From contig PLYO01000026.1 of NCBI GenBank assembly GCA_003151825.1, positions 21,704 through 85,703 on the forward strand: DNA of 64,000 bases, given 5' to 3'. The number at the start of each line of letters is the position of its first letter. Within the stretch, counting starts at the first letter, position 1. Both the position numbers and the translations under genes were made by a program. The notes under the pieces were generated by a model. It made no database searches, had not been told where the DNA came from, and was given only the letters and a program-made list of their open reading frames with translations. Below, piece by piece: positions 8,203 to 16,547 of the stretch. Source of the DNA: Ignavibacteriota bacterium (GTDB lineage Bacteria; Bacteroidota; Ignavibacteria; Palsa-1295).

Positions 8203-9747
8203 TTACCTCATCCTCACAAAATTTTGGCGACCGAGCAAATCCCCATTGCTCGCCCGCGCAAGCAGAGTGTATTCGCCGTCCACGAGGGCATCGGTATTTA
8301 TTGGAATAGGCTCTGCATTGCTGTTCGGCGGCATGGCAATTCGCATCACTTCGCGGCCCAATACATCCAGCACGCGGATTTCGGATGGCTGCACAGCGCC
8401 ACCCAAGAACAACGTCAGCGAATTGCCGCATGGATTTGGCGCAATAAAAAACGTGCCAGCGGATGCAACGGGACTAACGCTTGCTGCTTGTGCCTCGAAT
8501 GCGCCGATAGATCGTGCGGTGAGTGAATATGGCATGCCAAGATAATCCGTCACCGGTTCCTGCGTGGCGAATCCCTTGCCAATAGCCGGACTTCCGGCGC
8601 GAAGCGAAAAATCTCCATTCGATGTATCCGTAAAATCCGGGTCGCCGATGAGCGAGCCGGATACATTCACGCCGGGCAGTTCCAACCAGCTGATGGAATC
8701 GGGATCGGCGAACAAGTAATCGTGAAAAAGGTTATTCTTAAAATACTCTGTACTATAGTTGAAGGGATCCGATGCATTGAGATAGATATGGTTTACGCTA
8801 TAGGTGGTGAAGATGTTATTATAGACGTAGTTGCTGTCCAATGTGATGGTCGGCACGCTGGTGTTGAGCGATCGAAAGGCAAAGGAAGTCGTCTTAAAGC
8901 AGGTGTTATTGAAAATGAAGGCGTGATGACAGGAACTTAACCTAATTCCCGTCAAGCCGCCGATGAACACATTCGCATAAACCATAATGCTATCGGCTTC
9001 CCATGTCGCGCCGAGCGGACAAAAAAACTGCGGGCCGGTATCGCCGCCAACATCCACGCCATCCGCGATGCAATTGATAAAACGATTCTGCTCATAGACG
9101 ATATTCTTCGCGCCGCCTTTGCAGTGCGATCCATCACCCGGCATATTCTGGAACAGACAATGGCTGACCAGCCCATTACTATCGGCATTCAGGCTGATTC
9201 CATCGGTGATATTCGTTCCATCACGGAAGGTGCAGTTCAATACCTGAAAATTCGCTGTGCCATCGATCTTGAGACATGCGCCGGTATTTCCCTTCCCGGT
9301 ATTATTTAAATCGGAAAACGTGCAGTTTTCTATTATTATATCATGGTTCGAAGTGAAGCAGGCATACTGATAATCGAAGAAAAGCAGATGGAACACCTGC
9401 GCGCTATCGGCGCGGTCGTTGCCATAAAAATTAAGACCGGAGATTTTCAGATACTGCGCGGCCTGAAACGTATATTGCACATGAATCGAAACGGAATCAT
9501 TCTCATACGGCATAATCGTTATCCATCGATCGGGAGTCCCGATCAGGCTGTCGATCAAAGTGTTCGCATCGCTGTATGTGCCGGCGTGAACGAATACGGT
9601 ATCGCCCGGATGCACCGCCCGCGCATTGGCAGCGTCGCCAATATTGAGATACGTCTGTCCCGGCCCGACCTGCACAGCCTGCGCCCAGGACGCGGACGTA
9701 ACGAACGCCGTAAGTAGAGTGAGAAAGGCGATGCGGATATTATTCAT
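8203..9747 (-). CDS. Secreted right-handed parallel beta-helix repeat protein with a T9SS C-terminal sorting domain
   Basis: Signal peptide MNNIRIAFLTLLTAFVTSASWAQA. Repeated N/G/C-rich beta-helix turns (CTFSDLNN, LNCTFRDGTN, SHCLFQNM, IFNNTCF). C-terminus FFIAPNPCGNSLTLFL...GEYTLLA resembles a Por secretion tail. Confidence 0.75.
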   Translation of the reverse strand: MNNIRIAFLTLLTAFVTSASWAQAVQVGPGQTYLNIGDAANARAVHPGDTVFVHAGTYSDANTLIDSLIGTPDRWITIMPYENDSVSIHVQYTFQAAQYLKISGLNFYGNDRADSAQVFHLLFFDYQYACFTSNHDIIIENCTFSDLNNTGKGNTGACLKIDGTANFQVLNCTFRDGTNITDGISLNADSNGLVSHCLFQNMPGDGSHCKGGAKNIVYEQNRFINCIADGVDVGGDTGPQFFCPLGATWEADSIMVYANVFIGGLTGIRLSSCHHAFIFNNTCFKTTSFAFRSLNTSVPTITLDSNYVYNNIFTTYSVNHIYLNASDPFNYSTEYFKNNLFHDYLFADPDSISWLELPGVNVSGSLIGDPDFTDTSNGDFSLRAGSPAIGKGFATQEPVTDYLGMPYSLTARSIGAFEAQAASVSPVASAGTFFIAPNPCGNSLTLFLGGAVQPSEIRVLDVLGREVMRIAMPPNSNAEPIPINTDALVDGEYTLLARASNGDLLGRQNFVRMR

Positions 9748-9774
9748 GATAGCGCAAGTGTAATTGTATATCGG

Positions 9775-10701
9775 CTATTCTTCTTCAGTGGAATTCCCTG
9801 TTTCACCTTCGGACAAAAGGGGTGTCGCCTGTTTGCCGAGGTAGTTTTGGCGTGTCACAACCGGTTTGCCAGACTTGACTTCGAGTTGCAGCCGTGCGCT
9901 CCCGGCAATAGTGCCTCCTTCTTTTGCGGCATTTTTATTAGGGTTGAATCCCACGGCATCTTTATTCCGCGCGATCTCGGTTGTCGCGGCTTCTCCGAGC
10001 ATGGTGAAGATGAGTTCCAAATCGGTCATGTGGTCGCGGAGATTTTCGCGTTTCAGGCCCTTGAGATTTTTGTATTCCGCTGGCGTAAGCCCGAAGGTTG
10101 CCTTTGAAATTTCGGCCGTTAAAATGGCAAACTCTATCCCTTCTTTAACTCCTCGCGACTTCCATTCGTCCGTCAGTTCATCCCGGACGGCGACCGAGCG
10201 AACGCGTTTTTCGATCCAATCGGCGGAGTAACCTTTTTGTTTATAGAGGTCGCGCATTCGTTGTTGCGCCAGCTCGGGATTTTCAATTTCCTGAACGCGC
10301 TCGTAGCCAACTTTGGCAAGCCATTGCTTGAAGGGTTCAGCCTTGGGACTGGGTAGAGACTGTATTACCCGAAAAGCGCTTTCTGTATTGACCACTTCGG
10401 TCTCGTAAAGCTTCCCATCCGATGCTGGGATTTTCAGTTGTCGACAAAGTGTCGACAACTCGAAACCTGTCGCTTCTTTTTCGCGCCGCTTCATTCGGTA
10501 CCAATAATCGCGTGGATTTGGGCTGTCGGTCAAAGCGCCCACTATATCAACGACCGAGAAAAACCATTGCTCGTCCAGCCAAACGCGGCGAATCTGCTTC
10601 GCGCCAAAAACAACGATCTTCCCTTCCGATTCCGATTTTGCTTTTTTACTCATTGTGTAATTTAGGGTGCCCATCATCCAAATGACACGATACGAACTCA
10701 C
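9775..10701 (-). CDS. BRO-N domain / DNA-damage-inducible protein D (DinD)-like protein
   Basis: FGAKQIRRVWLDEQWFFSVVDIVGALTDSPNPRDYW is a typical BRO-N motif, followed by a DinD-like helical region. The maximal ORF start at 10701 overlaps the hprK stop (ATGA). An alternative ATG at 10653 gives MSKKAKSE. Confidence 0.75.
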   Translation of the reverse strand: MSSYRVIWMMGTLNYTMSKKAKSESEGKIVVFGAKQIRRVWLDEQWFFSVVDIVGALTDSPNPRDYWYRMKRREKEATGFELSTLCRQLKIPASDGKLYETEVVNTESAFRVIQSLPSPKAEPFKQWLAKVGYERVQEIENPELAQQRMRDLYKQKGYSADWIEKRVRSVAVRDELTDEWKSRGVKEGIEFAILTAEISKATFGLTPAEYKNLKGLKRENLRDHMTDLELIFTMLGEAATTEIARNKDAVGFNPNKNAAKEGGTIAGSARLQLEVKSGKPVVTRQNYLGKQATPLLSEGETGNSTEEE

Positions 10702-11735
10702 TCGAAATCATGCTCGAAATAGGGGATGACACGGTCTCCGCTGGCGGCGCGGTTCGCGCCGCGTTCGGCGAGCACTTGTTCGAGCTTCGCGGCAAATTCG
10801 CGGCTCGCGTCGTAGCCATAATGCTTGAGTAAATAATTCAGCGCGATGACCTCCGCGATCACCGTGATATTTTTTCCGGTGATGATGGGCAAACGCACAT
10901 GCGGAAGATCGACGCCTAAGATTTGCGCCGTCGATTCATCAAGGCCGGTGCGCGTGTAATCGCCGTCGGCGTGCCATTCCTCCAGTTCCACGACGACCTC
11001 CACGCGTTTCTGAAACCGAATCGCGCGGATGCCGAACATTTCGCGCACATTGATGAGGCCCAGCCCGCGGATTTCCATGAAATGCCGCACGAGATCGGTT
11101 CCCGCGCCCATGAGGATGTTCTCGCCTTTTTGTGTGACCATCACTACATCGTCGGCAACGAGCCGGTGGCCGCGCTCGATGAGATCGAGCGCCACTTCCG
11201 ATTTCCCGATGCCGCTGCGTCCGACAAAGAGCACACCCACGCCATAGACATCCACGAACGCGCCGTGGATGACGGCCTGCGGATTGAACTGATCCTCTAA
11301 AAAATCGCTGAGGAAATAAATCGCTTTCGTCGTCTCGAATTTCGAGACAAAGACGGGGATTTTCCGCTCGTCGCAAATATCTAAGAGTTCCCTGTCCAGT
11401 TCGCTGCCGCTCGTCAAGACGATGCACGGAATGGCAAATCCGGCGAGCGTCGAAAACGCCTTGATGCGATCCTCGATCGAAAGCGAGCGGAGATAGAAAA
11501 TTTCCGTATTGCCGAAGACCTGAACCCGGTGATACGTGAACAGCCCGACGTACCCCGCAAGCGCCAGGCCCGGACGGTGCAGGTTCTTTTCGGTAATGAG
11601 ATTATCGAGTCCCTCCGCGCCGGCCAGCAGCGTGAGGCGAAAACGATCCTTCGTCGATTCGAAAAAATGCCGTACTGTAATCGACTCGCGCTGGATCGGC
11701 TGCGTATTATGCCAGCCACGGGTTTCTGTTGCCAC
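10698..11735 (-). CDS. hprK: HPr kinase/phosphorylase
   Basis: Walker A GVGVLFVGRSGIGKSEVALDLIERGHRLVADD and the HprK signature EIRGLGLINVREMFG. Confidence 0.92.
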   Translation of the reverse strand: MATETRGWHNTQPIQRESITVRHFFESTKDRFRLTLLAGAEGLDNLITEKNLHRPGLALAGYVGLFTYHRVQVFGNTEIFYLRSLSIEDRIKAFSTLAGFAIPCIVLTSGSELDRELLDICDERKIPVFVSKFETTKAIYFLSDFLEDQFNPQAVIHGAFVDVYGVGVLFVGRSGIGKSEVALDLIERGHRLVADDVVMVTQKGENILMGAGTDLVRHFMEIRGLGLINVREMFGIRAIRFQKRVEVVVELEEWHADGDYTRTGLDESTAQILGVDLPHVRLPIITGKNITVIAEVIALNYLLKHYGYDASREFAAKLEQVLAERGANRAASGDRVIPYFEHDFE

Positions 11736-11849
11736 TATGAACGGGGATTTATGAGATATTTCTTACGTAATGAGATAAGAACAATAGAATCATGCTATGA
11801 ATGCCGCTTACAAGCCCAGAAAAATCGAAACGTGACAGCGCCGTTAGTC

Positions 11850-12355
11850 GTGGCCCGTTTATAGAAAAGCGAGTATAAAATAGAGGTTTTTCTCTCCCAG
11901 CATGAACGTCAAATAAACGCCCATGCAAATCATTTTAGTCCTGTCGTATAGTACACTACAACAGGCCACAATACATTGTCAAAGAACTACGTGGATGAGC
12001 GATCATCCACGGCACTCAATGTCTCCGAAGCTAAGGGTAGACCCGCCCCGGACTTCTTGATTGCCCCCAAGGCGCCATTTGATTTCATTGTGCAGGGATC
12101 ATACATGCCTGTACTGGCAGCGGTCTGTTTACACTCTCAACGCTCGCAAACAGTCATTACGCATAAAAATGATAAATGTTTCGCTTTCTTATAGAAATTT
12201 TGCTTTTTTATTAACAATTCCGTATTCTATCAGAAATCGCATATTTCCAATAGGACTTTTACAGAAGAACCAAGCTCCGGCAGGAGCGACCTACGGGCCG
12301 CTCCTGCCGGAGCTTAATGCCAAAAAATCAAAAACGATTTCTACAAACGGGCCAC
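11850..12355. mobile_element. MITE-like element, long copy (~506 bp), bounded by GTGGCCCGTTTATAGAAA / TTTCTACAAACGGGCCAC inverted repeats
   Basis: The ends at 11850-11867 and 12338-12355 are 17/18 reverse-complementary. A hairpin at 12272-12315 (AAGCTCCGGCAGGAGCG...CGCTCCTGCCGGAGCTT) is homologous to the one at 428-475, with compensatory stem changes. No convincing ORF lies inside. Confidence 0.5.
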
Positions 12356-12504
12356 GCCTAAAGGCGCTGCCAGGGAATTCAATGAAAAAAAGCAAATAAT
12401 GAGCTTAGAAAGCCGGATTAGGGCTAAATGTTGATAACTTCTGTCTTAAAGAAACACATTGTTGATAAAATCTTCGATTTATTACGATTTTTTGGGTTTA
12501 CCTC

Positions 12505-12533
12505 TTGACTTTCGATTAAAAATGTTGTATATT
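12505..12533 (+). promoter_or_regulatory. Near-consensus sigma70-type promoter
   Basis: TTGACT (12505-12510), exactly 17 nt of spacer, then TATATT (12528-12533). It lies upstream of the small ORF at 12608. Confidence 0.45.
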
Positions 12534-12607
12534 TGTCCACCGGATTTCGTGCATAGCTTGTTAACATCTTGTGAATGGGCTGCGCGAAGCATTTTTTAGG
12601 AGAGAAA

Positions 12608-12799
12608 ATGATTGCTACACTCGATCGTTTAATGACACTCAGCCAAAAGCTCCGCGACGCAGAGCGCACCCATGAGCGCGACCCGATTTACCTCGCGCTC
12701 GATCTCAACGAGATTCGCTTGCTCGAGCGGACCTTAGAGACCTATTTAGCCGAGCTCGACCCGGCGGAAGGGCTGACCTCGATCGCGTCCTACGACTGA
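12608..12799 (+). CDS. Small hypothetical protein (63 aa)
   Basis: The ATG is preceded by AGGAGAgaaa, a strong SD that is rare in this window, and by the promoter at 12505. The predicted product is helical (MIATLDRLMTLSQKLRDAERTHERD...). No family recognised. Confidence 0.4.
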   Translation: MIATLDRLMTLSQKLRDAERTHERDPIYLALDLNEIRLLERTLETYLAELDPAEGLTSIASYD

Positions 12800-12989
12800 C
12801 CAGGCTGCGCTCGGTCATACGTTTGCTTTGACGAGCTTGTCCGCTTGCCGTGAGTTTGCCTTCCTGCCCGTGTTCCTCTTGTGATGAACGGATTAGATGC
12901 CGCCTCGTGCGCGAACTATGGAATCAATTCGCGGCCACTGCGCTTAATTTAGCTCATCTTTGTCGTCCATTATTAGTCGCACGATCGTC

Positions 12990-14678
12990 ATGCCAGCAAC
13001 TTTAAGCCGCCGCAGTTTTTTCAATCTTCTCACACCCGCTTCCGGAGGGAACGGAAAACAGCCGTCGCGGAACGGCAAGCGCCAGTTCCAGCCGTTATCC
13101 GACCCTCTCCAGGCGTTCGTTCCGGACGCGAATAATCCGTGGAACGAATATCTCGCCGGCCATCTCCTGCGCCGCACCATGATGGCGCCGACGTGGTCGG
13201 ACATCGAAGCGCTTGTGAAACTCGGAGGGCCTGGTCCGGCCGTCGATCTTTTGCTTGGCGCCACGAGCACCCCGGCTGCGCCTTTGATGGCAAGCGATGC
13301 GACAGAAAACCCATATCCTCTTGCCCAGGCCGCCCAACAGCCGATCTTTGGGAAATGGGAATCTGACGCCGCAGCCCTTCGCGCCTGGTGGGAAGGCCTC
13401 CAAGTAACGGCGGCGAATTCCATTCAGGAGAAGATGGTCGCATTCTGGAGCGGGCATTTCACCTCGGCGTTCGTCACCGGCGATAACGAATATGTGCTTG
13501 CGCCATTGCTGTACATTCAGAATAATCTTTTCCGGACGTTCGGAAATACTCAGGGCGGCTCACAAAACGGCGCGCTTGGGAATTTTCAGGACTTGGTGAA
13601 AGCTGTGACGCTCGATGGCGCGATGCTTGTTTATTTGGGCGGAAACGTGAACGTGGCCAGCGCGCCGAATGAAAACTATGCACGTGAGCTGATGGAGCTA
13701 TTCACCTGCGGCATTAACGGGGGTTACAGCCAAGCTGATGTAGTAGCTGCCGCGCGAATCCTTACGGGATGGCAGGTTGGGCAATATACCGACGATGCAG
13801 CACCCAATGGAATTTTTCAATCGTATTTCACTCCGAGTTTGCATGACACGGGCGACAAAACGTATTTGGAAACCGATTTCCCTGCCATTGACGCCAGCAC
13901 GAACACGCAGCACCTCGTACAGGTAAACGAAATCGATATATTAGTCGACACGCTTTTTACACAGACCTCAACAACCTTTCAGGGTGTTACCACGAACACC
14001 ATCGCCACCTATATCTGCACGAAGCTCTATAAATTCTTCGTCTATTCGGATACCGATACGAGCGACCCGACGGAGCAAACCGTTATCAGTGAATTGGCGG
14101 GCATCTTTATTCAAAACAATTGGGAGATCGCGCCGGTGGTGAGCACCCTGCTGAAATCCCAGCACTTTTTCGATAACGCCAATATCGGCTGCCAGATTAA
14201 AACGCCGGCGGAATACGTGATCGGTCTCGCGCGGCAGATTGTGCCGGCGGACGCCCAGAAATCGTTCGCCATCGACGCCGATATGACGAACGACGGCGAG
14301 CAATTTTTCCAGCCGCCGAATGTATCCGGCTGGCCGGGCTATCACGACTGGCTTACAACAAATACGTATCCGCTTCGCACGAGCGCGCAAGCTCAGGTGC
14401 TTGTAAGTGCCATGAGCGCGCCGGACTTGCAGAAATTTTATCAGCAGTTCCCGGCGTATAATTCGGACGTAACGCTGCTTGCCACGCATATCGGACAGCT
14501 GCTGCTTCCGCGCCCGCTTTCGACGGCGCGGCAAACTACGTTCTGGCAAACGCTCGCTGGCGGCACCGATACAACTATGTGGCTCAATCTGGTGAATGCC
14601 GATCCAGAGGAGGCCGCCGCGAACACGCAGACGTTACTCCAAGCCATCATCGCGCTGCCGGATTTTCAATTATGTTAA
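12990..14678 (+). CDS. DUF1800 family protein
   Basis: FWSGHFTSAF and ELFTCG...YSQADVVAAARILTGW motifs typical of DUF1800. Tat-like N-terminus MPATLSRRSFFNLL. It sits upstream of its usual DUF1501 partner. Confidence 0.85.
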   Translation: MPATLSRRSFFNLLTPASGGNGKQPSRNGKRQFQPLSDPLQAFVPDANNPWNEYLAGHLLRRTMMAPTWSDIEALVKLGGPGPAVDLLLGATSTPAAPLMASDATENPYPLAQAAQQPIFGKWESDAAALRAWWEGLQVTAANSIQEKMVAFWSGHFTSAFVTGDNEYVLAPLLYIQNNLFRTFGNTQGGSQNGALGNFQDLVKAVTLDGAMLVYLGGNVNVASAPNENYARELMELFTCGINGGYSQADVVAAARILTGWQVGQYTDDAAPNGIFQSYFTPSLHDTGDKTYLETDFPAIDASTNTQHLVQVNEIDILVDTLFTQTSTTFQGVTTNTIATYICTKLYKFFVYSDTDTSDPTEQTVISELAGIFIQNNWEIAPVVSTLLKSQHFFDNANIGCQIKTPAEYVIGLARQIVPADAQKSFAIDADMTNDGEQFFQPPNVSGWPGYHDWLTTNTYPLRTSAQAQVLVSAMSAPDLQKFYQQFPAYNSDVTLLATHIGQLLLPRPLSTARQTTFWQTLAGGTDTTMWLNLVNADPEEAAANTQTLLQAIIALPDFQLC

Positions 14679-14684
14679 CAAGAA

Positions 14685-14765
14685 CCCCCGCCTTTTCAAG
14701 GCGGGGGCAGGGGGTGGTTGATCGGCGCAGAACCACCCCCCGCCCCCTCCTTGAAAAGGAGGGGG
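14685..14765. repeat. Cluster of three G5/C5-stemmed hairpins forming a larger palindrome
   Basis: Hairpin 1 is CCCCCGCC-ttttcaag-GCGGGGG. Hairpin 2 is GGGGGTGGTT-...-AACCACCCCC. Hairpin 3 is CCCCCTCC-ttgaaaa-GGAGGGGG. Hairpin 3 is the reverse complement of hairpin 1 apart from a compensated G:C to T:A change. Confidence 0.6.
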
Positions 14766-14778
14766 AGTTAAAAAAACA

Positions 14779-16425
14779 ATGAAACGACGAACCTTCCTCC
14801 AATCCTCGTTAGCGGCGACGGCTGTTGCACCGGTGCTGCTTGGCAAAACCTATGCGCGGCCTTCGACGCCGCTCAAGCTGCTGGCGCAGCTAAAGCCACA
14901 GGGCACTGCTAATAATAATATCCTGGTTCTCGTCCAGCTCTTTGGCGGCAATGACGGGCTGAACACCATTATTCCGTCGCAACAGGGCGTCGTCGATCCG
15001 AATTATTACACGCTTCGTCCGAATATCGGCATCGCGGAATCGGCGCTCACGAAATACAATTTCGGTGGGATTTATTTCAATCCCGGCCTTGCGAATGTTG
15101 GCAACAAAGGCGGTCTCTTCCAGATGTTCCAGGAAGGCTCGCTCGCCGTCATTCGCGGCATCGGCTACGACCCGCCGAATCTTTCTCATTTTTACTCGAC
15201 CGACGTGTGGCTTTCGGGAATCGTTCCGACAAGCGCGGATTATACCTTCAATACCGGCTGGCTCGGGCGAATGCTCGAACAGCAATATCCGGATTTCCCC
15301 GCGACGCTTCCGCAGGATCCACTCGCGATCAACTTAGGCGGATTTTCGCTCGCGCTCGACGGAAGTACTTCTAATATGGGCATCGTGGTCTATCCCGAAA
15401 GCGCCGGCTCGCAAATTCCCGGGCTTAGTTCCACCGACGATTCGTTGGACGCGAATGCCATCGGCACGCGATACGAGACGGAATTTGCCTTTGTGCAAGG
15501 CGTGGCGGAAATGTCGAACACCTACGCCGCTCGCGTCAAAAACGCCTACTCGGCTGGGATAACGAATCCGAATCTCAAGGGCACGTATGGGAGCGATACG
15601 CTTGCGCAGCAGATGAAAACCGTTGCCGCGCTTATCGCCGGAGGGTTGAATACAAGCGTGTATGTGGTTGGCACCGGCGGGTTCGATTTTCACGTCAACG
15701 AAGTGGACGAGGGTGATCCGACGCATGCAACGGGCGCGCATACCAACCTGCTCGGAACGGTAGCGGATGCCATTGCGCAATTTCAATCCGATATGGTTAA
15801 CTTGGGTTCGAGCACGGCGGACCGGGTCATCGGATTTACCGTGAGCGAATTCGGACGCCGCCCATACGACAACGGAAGCTTCGGCACCGATCACGGCGCG
15901 GCATCGGTGCAGTTTGCATTCGGCACTCAGATTAATGGCGGGGTATTTGGCGACCCGCCCGTTCTCTCTGGGAAAGGTTTTGACGCGAACGGAGATCTCG
16001 ATGTGCAAATAGATTTTCGCTCGGTTTATTCTGCGCTGCTTACCGATTGGTTTGGAATGTCGCTCACGGATGCCACGACCGTTCTTCAGGATCAAACGGC
16101 CGGTGACGGCGTTAATCCCTTACAGGGTCTCATCAAATCGTCTTCGGGCGTCAGCCCATCCGCTCCGGTTTCGCTTTCACTTTCGGTTTATCCGAATCCA
16201 ATGGCTTCGAACGGGAACATAACGCTCGCGCTGCCAAATGGTGGATACACCGAAATCGAAATGGCTTCAATGGATGGAAAAAACGTCCAGCAAATTCTCG
16301 CGCGGACGCTTGCCGCGGGCAGCTACACCATCCCGCTCACGACGGATGTGCCTTCGGGCGCGTATCTTCTTTCGCTCCGCTGTGGTGCCGATCGCGTGGC
16401 GCGGGTGGTGGAAGTAATTCGATAA
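14779..16425 (+). CDS. DUF1501 family protein with a twin-arginine signal and a T9SS-type C-terminal domain
   Basis: MKRRTFLQSSLAATAVAPVLL is a Tat motif. LFGGNDGLNTIIP and SEFGRRPYDNGSFGTDHGAAS are DUF1501 motifs. C-terminus LSVYPNPMASNGNITLALP...GAYLLSL resembles a Por secretion tail. Confidence 0.88.
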   Translation: MKRRTFLQSSLAATAVAPVLLGKTYARPSTPLKLLAQLKPQGTANNNILVLVQLFGGNDGLNTIIPSQQGVVDPNYYTLRPNIGIAESALTKYNFGGIYFNPGLANVGNKGGLFQMFQEGSLAVIRGIGYDPPNLSHFYSTDVWLSGIVPTSADYTFNTGWLGRMLEQQYPDFPATLPQDPLAINLGGFSLALDGSTSNMGIVVYPESAGSQIPGLSSTDDSLDANAIGTRYETEFAFVQGVAEMSNTYAARVKNAYSAGITNPNLKGTYGSDTLAQQMKTVAALIAGGLNTSVYVVGTGGFDFHVNEVDEGDPTHATGAHTNLLGTVADAIAQFQSDMVNLGSSTADRVIGFTVSEFGRRPYDNGSFGTDHGAASVQFAFGTQINGGVFGDPPVLSGKGFDANGDLDVQIDFRSVYSALLTDWFGMSLTDATTVLQDQTAGDGVNPLQGLIKSSSGVSPSAPVSLSLSVYPNPMASNGNITLALPNGGYTEIEMASMDGKNVQQILARTLAAGSYTIPLTTDVPSGAYLLSLRCGADRVARVVEVIR

Positions 16426-16450
16426 CTATACATGTTCGCTGGTGTATGTC

Positions 16451-16547
16451 GTCATTGCAAGAAGTCCTCTGGAGCGAAGCGGAAGAGGACGACGAAGCAA
16501 TCCCTCGGGGATTGCTTCGTCGCTCGTTCCTCGCTCCTCGCAATGAC
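16451..16547. repeat. Palindromic intergenic repeat, copy 1 (GTCATTGC...GACGAAGCAATCC...GGATTGCTTCGTC...GCAATGAC)
   Basis: 97-bp imperfect palindrome. Related copies lie at 36254-36355 and 59005-59129. Confidence 0.8.
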
